Shown here: in pieces, positions 38,713 to 50,560 of the stretch
How the letters are laid out: every line of letters starts with the position of its first letter
Numbering within the stretch: position 1 is the first letter of the stretch
Assembly (NCBI GenBank): GCA_008632985.1
Contig: QPGO01000014.1
Span: 434,001 to 498,000 of the forward strand
Source of the DNA: Psammoneis japonica
Lineage: Eukaryota
Reading direction: 5' to 3'
DNA: 64,000 bases
Notes under the pieces: model-generated
The model's database searches: none
What the model saw: only the letters and a program-made list of their open reading frames with translations
What the model was told of the DNA's origin: nothing
Program-made: the position numbers and the translations under genes

Positions 38713-39294
38713 ATGAGATGCTTTATGATTATCAGTGTTTTGCTTTGGACGAGTCACGTGACGGCCTTTTCGACAGTTTCCTTTGTCCATAATAAGCTCC
38801 GTACTACCACGCGATATTTGGCGGAAGAAGCACCCGAACCCACTGCCGACGAGGCTAGTCAAGACCCTCCTCCTCCTCCTCCTCCACAACAACCGGTCCG
38901 TTCTCCACCTCAAGTCAAGGCCAAACGTCTCGATCCACTCGTGGCGAGTCTCACTAGAAATGATGCGGACGAACAACAACAAACCAAAACAATACAAACA
39001 CCGCTCTTTGAAGTCCCCGTCGATGGCAGTTTGGTCGTGTTGTTACCCACGGCTGTCATTGCCGTGGTGGGACTCTTGGCGAGTATTTATGTTGGAATGA
39101 ATTCTCAAGATGCCATTGTCAGTGCCTTGAATGATTTGAGTGAAGAACTCACCACGACGGCCGTCCAACGAACCAATGTGGCTGCGCCCGAGGATGGAGC
39201 CTGTCGTGGGATTTGTGCCAATGACAGTGGTGATTTTGTGGGAAAGAAATTTATGGAATCCTTGGCCAAACAACAACAGCAACAAGCAGAGTAA
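38713..39294 (+). CDS. Probable plastid-targeted single-TM protein
   Basis: Signal peptide ending VTA-F (ASAFAP-like), followed by a transit-like segment and one TM helix. Confidence 0.65.
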   Translation: MRCFMIISVLLWTSHVTAFSTVSFVHNKLRTTTRYLAEEAPEPTADEASQDPPPPPPPQQPVRSPPQVKAKRLDPLVASLTRNDADEQQQTKTIQTPLFEVPVDGSLVVLLPTAVIAVVGLLASIYVGMNSQDAIVSALNDLSEELTTTAVQRTNVAAPEDGACRGICANDSGDFVGKKFMESLAKQQQQQAE

Positions 39295-39899
39295 ATAATG
39301 GTGTTTTTGGAGAAGCGTTAACTTGCTAGGCGTTTCATCTCTCGCGAAATAACGAAAAAGAAGACAACGCATATACTGTATTCTCTCAACTATATTTTTG
39401 ACTAGTATTCGGGTGGGAAGATGGCTTCTTGTAGCCATTTCATTCTCATCTGCTTTGTCTTGAGATCCCCCCCAAGGCTCATCTCGTGCAAGGAGCTATA
39501 TATGAAAATCAAGTTGTTGAGATTTAAACAAATAGAGACTCGACCATCCCTCTGGCAAGACTGCAAGGCAGCATCTTGGGCTACTGAACAGCAAAGGGCG
39601 GGTGGTTGCTTGGGAGCTTCTTTTTGCGCTTCTGGACCTGGAAACCCTCATCACTATCGCAATACTGTCTTTAGAACGTCAAAAACCTGTCGCATGGTGT
39701 GAAGAAAGAACCTGATCAAGATACCGTATGAGCCGAGAAAGAATGTACTCTACACAATAGAGGCACGAAAACGGAAAGAAAGAAACGTAGCGAAAAAGCT
39801 TTGTATTTTCAAACACTACGCTACTATTTTTAAAACTCAAAAGATGGTGATTCTTGTCGTACTATCGTCGTCGCAAACACGTTTCTCTAGAGAAAGACT

Positions 39900-41417
39900 C
39901 TAGGAGGAGGTTGGCGTGCTCGAGAATGGTTCAGCGCAAAATTCAAAAGGGTTGCAGACAAAGGAACGCCTCTTGGAATAGGGAAGGTCCTCAATGTCCT
40001 TTCGACAGATCGGGCAACTTGACTGTTCCCCCTTGTATCGGACCGGCATGTTCAATGGAGACTTTTTAACAAGATCAAGCCACCACTTTTTCATGCACTT
40101 GAAGCAAAAGGCGTGCTGACAAATTCGGAATTGAATGTCTTTTTTGTCAACCACCTTGGCGAAACAGAATTCGCATCTGGGCGTAGAGTACTTGGGCGGC
40201 GACGAGCATACATCCAACTTTACGGGCCGAAAGGTTTTCTCGTCGGCTTTGAGTTTGTGAAAGATGCGAATGTTCTCATCCATCTCCCCCGTTTCTTCGT
40301 CAACTTCGTACAGTATGGACTGGCCCATGGTCATGATTGCGGCGGACATGTTTCCTACTTGCTTGAAGCCAAGAGCCAGATACTTGTGGATGCCAGGCGA
40401 GTGCTTGTCAAAACTCATAATTTTCATGCCCGCCTGTATGCAAAGAATCCAGTTGCCGAGTTCGTACCAGCAGCGACAGTTGGCCATGAGTATGCGGAGT
40501 TGGATATCATCCGATGCACAGTCTCTTGAAATCTGTCCAACTTCTCTGAGGGCAGAGTAGTACAGACCAACTCCAATGAGAGATTCCGCATGGATCAACT
40601 TTGCCTTCGTCCAGGTATCGAAAGAAGGGATGGTTAAGCATAAAACTTTTTTCTCCATCGTTTTCTTTGCAAGAGCTGCGTCACCCATTTTATTGCACAT
40701 GGTTGCCTTTGTCATCTGAGCAGCAACGTAGGGTTCGAAATCTTTGTCTTCGTGGCCAACCGTCTGGTCAAAGTCTTCCAGCGCCTTTTCGTAAATAGCC
40801 CTCTTGGCGTTTGGATCTTGCTGAAGGCGTGCTACCGTGATGGACTGCGTCCAGTTTTCAAAGGCGGTGCTCCGTAAATCGAACGGCGAACGGCAAAGTG
40901 GACAATTCGTTTTACCGTGCACCCGATTACAAGTATTGTCCCACTTCTTCAGGCACGGATAACAAAAGGCATGGCTGCATGTCTCCAATAACGTAAGAGG
41001 CCTGGTCATGTTCTCGGCCAAACATATGCCGCATTCCTTGCTCGTGACTTGTCCGGGCTGATACTCGAGAGCTTTAGCCCTCAACGCTGGAAGCTTTACG
41101 GTCAGAAACGCTTTGGTTTTCTTACACAATCCCTTGTGCTGCTTCCAGTCCCGCCTCTGACAGTCTTTGCTGCAATAGTATCGCCTTTTGCACGAGGAGC
41201 ATCGTAACGTCGGGGCCTTGTCGCAGTCTGGACCGTCACAGCCAATCACGTCGTTACTCACAGTGACACACAAACCGTTTGTCGTGGTTACCGTAAAGGA
41301 CTTTGTTGTCGGTAAGGATGATGCCGTTGCGTTGCTCGCCGTTTTCAAACGGAAGCAATGATGCATGGTCGGTGAGGATGAAGTAGTACTACTTGCAGAC
41401 ACAGTGAAGGAGTTCAT
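39900..41417 (-). CDS. MYND zinc finger + RING + TPR-like + RING protein
   Basis: CSSCKRRYYCSKDCQRRDWKQHKGLC (MYND); CGIC...CSHAFCYPC...CPLCR and CEFC...CQHAFCFKC...CPICR (C3HC4 RINGs). Confidence 0.88.
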   Translation of the reverse strand: MNSFTVSASSTTSSSPTMHHCFRLKTASNATASSLPTTKSFTVTTTNGLCVTVSNDVIGCDGPDCDKAPTLRCSSCKRRYYCSKDCQRRDWKQHKGLCKKTKAFLTVKLPALRAKALEYQPGQVTSKECGICLAENMTRPLTLLETCSHAFCYPCLKKWDNTCNRVHGKTNCPLCRSPFDLRSTAFENWTQSITVARLQQDPNAKRAIYEKALEDFDQTVGHEDKDFEPYVAAQMTKATMCNKMGDAALAKKTMEKKVLCLTIPSFDTWTKAKLIHAESLIGVGLYYSALREVGQISRDCASDDIQLRILMANCRCWYELGNWILCIQAGMKIMSFDKHSPGIHKYLALGFKQVGNMSAAIMTMGQSILYEVDEETGEMDENIRIFHKLKADEKTFRPVKLDVCSSPPKYSTPRCEFCFAKVVDKKDIQFRICQHAFCFKCMKKWWLDLVKKSPLNMPVRYKGEQSSCPICRKDIEDLPYSKRRSFVCNPFEFCAEPFSSTPTSS

Positions 41418-43401
41418 GGTATAATAACAAGGATGCAGTTGTAATACACAACACTCAATGGGTTGTGAAGACACTTTGGCGTAATCTGAATCGTAGTGCT
41501 GGTTGTGTTTCGTGAACTCGGCCGACACGACACAAATGCACGAGACGTTTTCATGGCCGTTTTGAAAAAACCTTGCAAACTTGCAAACCCTTTTTTTCGG
41601 CGGGACAGGTTTAATTCTTTTGAATCAAGAAGAAGTCAGAACGACATGATGTTGAGCTCTTGATGATGACAGGTCCCAAGCACTTGCACTTGCTTGCACC
41701 TCTCGGATCAACTTCTCGAGGCGAACGTGGAGCAAAGGCAGCGCTCACGACGAGTCAAGCAAAATAGTCTTTCCCAGTCTGGAGACCAGAAGTACAAAGA
41801 AGCCATCGCCAAATGACGAGTCTCCTTTTTGGAACACCTACGGAAGACATGTGAGCCGGTAGAAGGATCAGAACTCTCGGCATGCTCCTGCAAGAAGCTG
41901 CGACGAGCAGCAACGACGCCATGGCTGATTCTGATGATTATCGATCGAGCGATTCCTGTTTTTCTTGTCGTCTGTCCAGCGCGCGCCAGCGATCCAATTG
42001 TATCCGCCTGTCTGTCCACGCGTGGAAATTCCGTTGAGATTTTCCCGCCACTTTGGACCAAATTTTTAGAGGCTCAACAACAATTATGTGCCACAAATTA
42101 TGTTACAAGGCCATGTTCTGGTCTTTTGAGTGCAAGTTGTTGAGAAGATGGTAACTCGTCCGGCCTAGACAGCCCATGCTTTTGGTCAGTTGTTTTGTGT
42201 GAGAAAGACCGTTTGGCTGAATGCCCACATCACTGCCAGCTGGGGCCCTGCTTGACAGTGCAGAGTCAATGCACGCAGTGTTTGTGTCAGAATCTCCATC
42301 AGGTGCCATTCAACATCTTGGACTAGAACTTGGTCAGGATCCCAGCGGAAGCGATTGTTTTGTGCAACAGAATGGTCGTCGGCGCTGAACTCACTCGGAG
42401 CTGAGTGTGGCATCAGGCTCCCCGATTCAATCAGCAGCAACGGCTTGATCCTCACAAAAAATGGACAAGACCATCTGGTTGCCATTGACCTTGAAGACTG
42501 GTCTGATGTTGAGGAGACTGGACAACTTCTTTTTGGTGTGTCTGCATCAATGTGTTGCACATCTGGCATGTTCGGTCGCACACAAGCACCTGGCCAGTGA
42601 GCCCACGCCACATCCCTCTCGTCCATGATTGCTGGATTGGTTCCTCATCTGCTTCTGAGTCTAGAGTCATGGAGCAATGGGTGAGGCAATCTTTTTGACT
42701 GTGACACTTGCGGATCCTGTGGCCTTGTTTGGCCTGATCTAACCACATTTCTGCTTGCACAGGACCGCCATCTAACTTTCAAGCAAACTTTCTCAACACC
42801 AGACCCCGTTGGCATTCCACCGCACAGTCGCACCCTTGAGACGTCTCCCAACATGTGAGAAATCAGAACAAAGTGAATCCAATGTTTTGGGTTATGTTCA
42901 TGATGCGAGTGCGGTGTTTTCATTGGATCGACGCCTCTCCCACGTCTCTCGCCATGTGTTTTTGTCAACCTCAATTTCAACTCTCCCATGTGGCTGTTAA
43001 AATTGCCCTGACCGCAGGCTTGACACAGCACATTTGCATTTTCTTGTGGATTGCTGCATCCATTCCCAACTGAGGAGTGTCATGCAGTGACAGGAACGTT
43101 TCCGTGAGGGGCAATGGCATTCCATGTTTGCGGTGATTTTCCATCAGGAAAAGCATCTGCCACTTGTAACATTCTTCCTCTTCATCATCTTCCTCGAATG
43201 ACACTGCAGGCACTTGCAAGGAGTTTTGGTGTGATGTCTGGGGTGCTGCATCTTCCGCCAGATTGCCGCAGTCATTGTCCATCTCGTCAATCTCGTCGAC
43301 ACTCTCCAGCCGTGATGATGACCTTTCTTCATTGGTGCCTTCACGCCCAACTTTGCCTTCCTCATCCTCAGAGCTCTCCCAACCACAAAGATTCATGTCT
43401 G

Positions 43402-44448
43402 TCAACCCAATGGAATGGAGATGCAACCAACATAAACTGACAAGTGCTTCTTCCGCCGCATTGACAGATCATGAAATCCAGCACTCTCTCTTAGAGACAT
43501 CATCACAGACAGTGCACACAGGACAAAACAATCGGTCAAAACAGAGAACAATGCCGGTGGGCGCCTCGCCATTGACTCTGCCACAACTTGTGTCAAGGGA
43601 GACTTGTTCTTCTTCTTGGCAAGACATTGCCATTGCTTCATCTTGACATTCACCTTGCACTCCAGGAACATTCTCTGCAAGTGCATCCCAGGTGCAAGCC
43701 CACACTCATTGCATTTCACAGGGCATCCCTTGATCACAATGGCACCCAACTTAATTTTCAAACTTGTTTTCTTTGCCCCCTTGTTGAAACAGGGGATGCC
43801 CTGTTTGTCAGCATTCAAACGCAAATGTTCTGCTGAGACAGCAATGTTGCATGACAGAGCATCCATCCCATTGACATTGATGGCATCCGCTTGTGAAGCA
43901 TGAAATTCTTGGTTCATTTTGGTCATCAAGTCCCAGAGAAATGACACAAAAACCATTTGTGTCAGTGGCTCGTGAGGGCTGCAGCATCCAAACAAGAGGA
44001 ACCTTGCATGTTGCAGGTTGACCAAGGCTTCGGGAAGGAACGTCGTGAGGTTTGCTTTGTGGTCATGGAGGCCAAACGAGTCAATGAGATTCTCCACATC
44101 CGTCAGTTTGTTTGTTTGTTTTCCTCCCATCTCAAACCTCTTGAACTTCTGAAAGGACAGCTCTGATTCATCCTCAAACATGCCATGATGAATCTTGTCA
44201 GCATTGAGACTGCCACTGACAAGGTTTGCACTGCAATCGCTGTCATCACTGACAGCTCTTTCACTTTGGCTGGGAGTCTTTGTCATTTTCACAGGATGGA
44301 AGGCACCACAGAAACAAATGAGATCCAAAGCGCGTGGATCTTGAAGGTTTGTTGGGTCTTCCATGTGCTCTTGAAGATCTGACTTGATGTCCTTGCAGCA
44401 ATTTTCTGGTGTCAATGCCAGGCAGTCAAGCAAAAAATCAATTGTCAC
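43402..44448 (-). pseudogene. Decayed ORF with possible PD-(D/E)XK restriction-endonuclease-like C-terminus
   Basis: FLECK...LTQVVAESMA...SVLTD pattern; essentially no Tyr in the body of the ORF. Confidence 0.35.
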
Positions 44449-46184
44449 ATCCGGATTTTCACAAATGCGATCCCTTTGCGTTTGATCTGTTGCATTCCAA
44501 AGTTTTTTGTGTCAAAATCACTCAAAGTAAAAGTGTCATCTCAGACCACACCATCACCCAATGCATGGTTCTCAAACAACCCTCGATGATCATCCAACAA
44601 TTTTTCCCATTGACCGTCTTTCTCTGGATCATGGTCAAGATGATCTGTGATGTCCAAGATGTGTTGGAGGATCATGGTTTACTCTTGATGAACTGGGGGG
44701 CGGCTCCAGCCAGCTGCTGGCTGAAAAACATCTGCTCGTCAGTGCGTTTGGGGGTTTTGCCATCGCAATTTTTACGTGCGGTGTGCAAAAGAGGGCAAGT
44801 CTGTCCAGTGTTCACCGAAAGAACCCCCCTGATGCACAGATTGACAGACTCTTTCAGTGCAAATTCTGCACAAGATTCTTCAGCCAGCAGCTGGCTGGAG
44901 ACTTCCCCCAGAATGGCAGAAGTTGCTCAACATGTCAGCAGCATGAGTGCACAATGCTGCACATGAAAATGGCAACAAAAATGCTTTTATGCACAAAAAA
45001 CAAGTGAAGACAGTCTTGAGTCTGCCTGTCAGTGTGTCTGGGGGTCCTAAACATCAGAGGGAGAAATGCAAGAGCAAAACAAGATGATGATTGTTCCTTC
45101 TCTCTGCATTCCTCCAGAACAACTCTTTTGTCATTTTCAAGCCAAGGATGCATTTGGGGCCTTTCACAAGCACGAGATGGCCAAATGGTTGTTGTCAAGC
45201 CGCATCACAAGCATGGGTGCCAAAAAAAGCACGGCAACGCTTCTCAAGGCTGAGTGTGGTGCAGGGCGCATGCCCAATGTGGAAGGCATGTTTCAAGATG
45301 TGGAGTGGGGTCAGGAAACCATGAACTGACAAAGGGAACTTTGCAGGATCAAGATTGACTGAGTGCAATTGACATGGAAGTGCAAGTCTTGACAACGGGA
45401 CAGTGTGAGCACTTGTTTGTTGAAAGAGATGAAAGCTGTTGTCAAATTGTCTTGTCACTCATTGCAATCCCTTTTTCTCCCTTGCAACAGTTGGCTGGTT
45501 TATTCACAGCCCACAACAGCTTGGCTCAAGGATTTGCAAGACACTTTAATGAGTGCTGCAAGAAACCTGTCAGGGCCGTCACATGATGTGGCAGTGCACG
45601 CTCAGCAATGTTGTCCTCAAGGCCAATCTCAACAACAAGAGGCACCATTTGGTCATGAGTCCTCTGCAAGCAGAAAAGCACAAGTGGACTCTCCCAAAGG
45701 TTCAAAAAGCCATTGGAGTTGAGGACTGTGGTGATGTGGAGCATTTGCTTTAGTTGCTGTGCACCGGTGAGGACGGCACATGTGTCTTTCACAAACATGA
45801 CCATCAGGAACCAGGCACCAACCCGGCCAACAAAAAGGTTTGTCAAGCTGTCTTTGATCAAGACCACAATGAAAGCTTTGAACACTCCCTCTGGCAAATC
45901 AAAATTAACAGCATTGTCTTCAATGAGACCAAACAAGAGCATGAAAGGGTGGTGCAGGCCATGTCTCATGATCACTTGAAAGCATGCAAAATCCTCTTGC
46001 ACCGTGAGCTCATGGAGCCACAGGAAAGTTCGAAAATTGGTGTCCCTGCAGAAATTGGTGCTGACTCATGTGCATGCTTTGCCATGTTAAAAGGGTTCTT
46101 TTTGAGCAAAACACTTCTCACAATCGACCATCTGCTCCGGCATGGCTGATGCCAATGAGCAAGAGTTTTGGCCACAGTTGAACA

Positions 46185-47800
46185 ATGGGCTTGAGCAGTG
46201 CCAGTGCAGTGTCATGGAAGATGGTGAAGATGCCACTTGATTTGGCCATTCTCATTGTTCAAGAGATTGCAAAGAAGAAGCACAAGCTGAAGCAACAAGA
46301 GTTAAGAGATTGTGGTGGCAGAAGCAACAACAATGGCATGGCGCCAATTGATGTGCCTTGACAGCAACTGATGCTTGCTGTGGATGCAAATCCACTGGCT
46401 TGCAAACATGATGGTGACTGCTCAAGCTTGCATCCTGACAATGCTGTTTTTCACATTGTGAGAATGTTGTCAGAGAATCTTCGCAATTTGGATGTTGTTG
46501 CTGATCATCCAACAAAGCATCACCCATCCAAGCAAGCTTCTTGTGAGCATCAAGCCAATGCCAACAAGGCTGATGTTCAACTCATTGTGGCAAGATCTAA
46601 TCTTCAGAGTCTTTTGGCTGCTGGAGATGGTGGTGGCCCGGATGAGTGTGTGAAACAAGTCAACAAAGCACAGAAACGAATGCAGAGTCTTGAGAAACCA
46701 CTGAAAAGTGGGTTGGATCCAGAGTTTGCTGAGAAGCTTGGTTGCTCAATCAAGGAGTGTGACCCACAAGGAAAGGGTCAGATGTTGTTTTCTGTTGCTC
46801 CAAAACAAGCTGATCCCTGTCTTGCCAAAAAAGTTGCAGATGGTGATGTCGATGCTGTGATTTTTCTGGAGACTCTCTGACTTTTTGATGCACATTGGCC
46901 CCAACTGATGGGACTCATGCTGAAAGAAAGACATTTCCATTGCAAAAACAAAAGAGCCCATCAAATCATGTTGATTGTGCAAGGGCCAAGAGTTGATCAC
47001 AACTTGCATTGAACAAATCTTACAACCTGTTCTTGAGCATTCACCATTTGAGAATGACAAAAGCCAGAAACAAGACAGGAATGTTCCGAAGTGTCCAATC
47101 TTCAGTGGAGTCCAAGACGATGGTTTGAGCTCCATTGGCCATTCTGGTGGGCTGTGATGTGTGTGCCAAAGGAGCACTTGGGAGTGGTCTGCATGCAGTG
47201 AGTGAACTGATTCAGTTGCATTCAAAGGAAAAGACAAGAGCAAGAACTCCACACAATGCTCTTGCAACTGCCATTTGTGAGATGTCTGGTGCAGCTGTTT
47301 TAGAAAAAAAAGCTGTCCTGACATGGGCAAAGTCTGTTCTGTTTGAGAAGATGCATGGCAGTGGACACATTCACGGTCAGCCGCCAATGGTTTTGGGACA
47401 TTGCCTCAAAGATTTTGTGGGAGAAAGTGCAGAAATTGAAGATGGTCCCACATTTGCAGCGTGCAAGGGGTTCAAGAGAACCAATCATGAGTTTCTTGCA
47501 GCAGAGGGAGTCCAAGAGTGTGCCATCTGTTCTTGCAAATTTTGCCACATTGTTGAAAAAGACAAGTTGCCTGGAGGTGAAGACAGAACGCTCTGCCTTG
47601 AATGCTTCTTTGAGGATGCTGCATTGGGTGTGGACAGCCAGGATGAGAAAGATGTGCAAGAACATCTTGCAGGCAAGGGTGTCCAAGCACTGCAATGAAC
47701 AGCATTGCATGTTGAGGTTTTGTCTCTGTGTGAGGATGCTGAAGCCGGTGCCTTCAACCAATTCGATGAAGACATCACAGATGTCAAGCTCCCGCTGCTC
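46185..47800 (+). pseudogene. Decayed XPG/FEN1/Exo1-family nuclease followed by a Cys-rich finger, probably TE-borne
   Basis: MGL start, LAVDAN, DVVADHP.K.HPSK, APKQADPCLA...VDAVI, then GDSDF after a frameshift, AILVGCD (H3TH), CAICSCKFCH...LCLEC. Confidence 0.7.
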
Positions 47801-47859
47801 CCAACATCTTCACTCATCCTTCACAGGAGCCCAACTTTCATCGAATTGGTCATGGGACA

Positions 47860-48350
47860 CAGTTGGCTCCAATGATGAGATCAACATTCATGGTCTCAGA
47901 GGCACCAGCACTGTCACTGTCTTGGTGATCCTGGCAATGGATTGTGTGCTGACTCTCTGTTGTTCTGTGATCACTTGGAACATCAATCAAAGTGATGAGG
48001 CCATCCATGATCTCAGAACCTTGTTTGAATGCACAACCCCAAAGGCATTCATCCAACATTTTGTGGTGGCAAAAACCAAGGCACTTGTCAGGTTGGAGGG
48101 TTTCTCCTGTTGTCACCTCAACTCCTGTTGGAGAGGTGACCATCCCTCTTGCACCTTGCACAATCAGTTGCACTCTTGGGGATGTCAAACTCATCAACCA
48201 TTGCCAGCAGGATTGCCCCACCACAAGGCTTTGCATTTTCAAGTTTCATTTCAAACATCAAAGTCATGACAACTCCTTTCTCCTTTGCAAAAGTTTCTGC
48301 TGCACTTGACCCCACTGGGTTGACACCAAAAATTGCAATCTTGAACTTAG
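47860..48350 (-). pseudogene. chlP: Decayed 5' fragment of geranylgeranyl reductase
   Basis: KIAIFG..PVGSSAAETFA...FEMKLENAKPCGGAI..AMVDEFDIP, then in the next frame SPTGVEV..GETL...MNVDLIIGA. These match the ChlP N-terminal half. Confidence 0.85.
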
Positions 48351-48769
48351 CTTTGCGGCACTTGCACAGAGAAACAGACCAAAAATGGACTGACAGAGCA
48401 GAGACATTGTCAAGAACTTTTCCTTTTTTTGAAAATGATGGGAACCCAAGAGAGAGGGAGCCTGTCATTTGTCCTTTTTTAGTTGGGAAAAGCAGGGATT
48501 TGCTTCGTGCAATTGACGCAGTCATGCAAAGGGAATTGGGGTTTGCGTGTGCAAATCTTTTAGCTTCTTTTGCACAATTTTTGAACAACACCTGGCGCCC
48601 CATCACAAATTTTTTCATCCTTGGTTTTGGCTGTCTTGGGGGCTTGATGCAAATGGTGCAGTGCCAGTCCCATGGTTGCAGCTGCTGATGCCAAGTGTGT
48701 CAATGCATTTGAGCCATCATCCTGAAGGGACCCAGTGCTCACACAGCAGTCTTCCCAACTGGGATGTTT

Positions 48770-49060
48770 GTGGTGTGGTGAGCAGACCTTGCTGTTGTTG
48801 TGCTGGTCCTCACATTGACAAATCCACGTGCTTCAGAATGCAGCTTTTGCTGCTTGTCTGAAAGTCAAGCTGCAATCATTTGCAGGGTTGCTCTGGCTTT
48901 CTTGCCAATCAATCCCATCACAAGACACCACAAAAGGTTGTTTGAAATGATGATGTTCTTGCTCAAGGCACAGCTTGAGACACTTGCACCATTTTTTCTC
49001 TTTGTCATCAGGTGGATCTTGCTCTGGCATCTGGGAAAGGCAGGATTGCACATGAACTTC
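48770..49060 (-). mobile_element. Non-LTR retrotransposon remnant (CRE-like restriction-like endonuclease C-terminus)
   Basis: EKKWCKCLKLCLEQEHHHF..PFVVSCDG and LIGKKARATLQMIAA*LSDKQQKLHSEARGFVN, similar to EKK.KYL..CLEQRRHFTPFVVS.DGL.G.EA...KPYS...GYVN. Confidence 0.7.
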
Positions 49061-50199
49061 AAGCATTTTTTTGTGTTTGGTTGCAGCTCTTGCTGGAGCT
49101 CTTGCTCCCGCACAAGACAGCATTTGCTTTTCTTGCTCTCGACTGCTGGCCACTGACAGGTGCAGCTTGCCGTGTGCCTGGGAGGCAAACAAATCTTTGT
49201 TGCTGCCATGCCTCTGCAGCATCATTGTTGTTTTGTAGATGCAGCCCTGCCATTGTCTTCTCCATTCAATGCCTCTTGCAACTGGTGGGGTTTGTGGTTC
49301 TTGGTGTTTGGGTGTGGTGGCATTGTTGCTGTCACAATGCTGTCTGTGGGTTGCAGCATCAATGTGTTGGAGATGGTTCTGTGGGTTTTGGTGCTGGTGC
49401 TTCAGTTGTCAATGTTGTCATTGGCGCGCATCACAGGTGCGGGTGTTGCAATTGGTGTCAGCATCACAGTGGTTGCAGCAGCACAAAACTGGCATGAGAG
49501 ACACCTTGTTGGGCACAGGGCTGTGGCAGCAGCTGTGTTGGCAAGGTCCAAACTGGCTCAGCCAAGAGGTGCAATGGCTCTGCTTTGCCACTGTTCTGGC
49601 TGCAGTTTGCTGTGGCACTTGTGCGTCAACTGAGGCAGCCAGCATCCAGCTCAATTTTTGTCATCTGCCCTTTGGCACAGGCTTCATGAGCATTTTTTGA
49701 GCAATGTGGTGCACAAGAACAAAGTTCTTCTCTCCAATGGGAAAACACAATTGTTGTTTGGAGGAACACTTGCATTGAAAGCTCCTTGGAGAGAGGCAAG
49801 CAATGGGACAAGAGTGCACCAAGGCTCAACAGTGTGCTGTCTGCATGGCCAGCAATTGTCATGGGCAGCCGTGGCCAGGACTGGTGCATTGCACCCAGCA
49901 GCGCTGGCTGACAATGATGGTGGTGAATTGAGAAAACCAAATCTCCAGCTGAACAACCCAGAAAGTAATTTGTAACCTCGCCTGCTGGGAATGATTGGAG
50001 GAGGATAAAAGTGCTGTTGCAGGTGTGCTGGGGCCAACTCTGAGTTGTCTTCTTGCTCAGAGCATCATTGGTGCACAGCTGAGAGCTGAGCACAACAGAC
50101 AGAGGCACCATTTTGGGGAACTCCAGTCCTTGCTGCCAATTGGCAGCATGGAATGGAAGAGGCGTGCACATTGCTCAGATGGAATCCAGGATCACAAAA

Positions 50200-50560
50200 T
50201 GCCACCTTTGTCACCTGGCTGTCCTGCTGTTCTTGCTTGGTCAGATCATGACAGAGCAGCTCTGTGGTGCAATCTGGAATGGACTGGGAGGGTCAAACAT
50301 GCCTGGATTGGACAAGTTCTTGCACATGAGAGTTGAAACCCCAAGATTGTGGGCTTCTTTGTTGCAAGTCAGCGGCACAGCTGGTTCTCATTCTCTGTGG
50401 GTCTGAGACATTTGTCATTGCAGCATGCACAATGCTTCAGACCTTGCAGAGCTTTCACACTTGCTGGGCAGCCCAGAGCCTTGCTGTTTGTGCAACACTG
50501 CAAAATGCAGATGGGGTTGAAACATTTGAGTGAGGAGTGAGAACACCTGGACATGGCTGT
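50200..50560 (+). mobile_element. Non-LTR retrotransposon (RTE-like) post-RT region remnant
   Basis: DHDRAALWCNL...AWIGQVL...PR and KSAAQLVLILCGSETFVI...MLQTLQSFH, similar to YKAVVQSVLLYGSETWV...ML..LEGFH. Confidence 0.6.
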
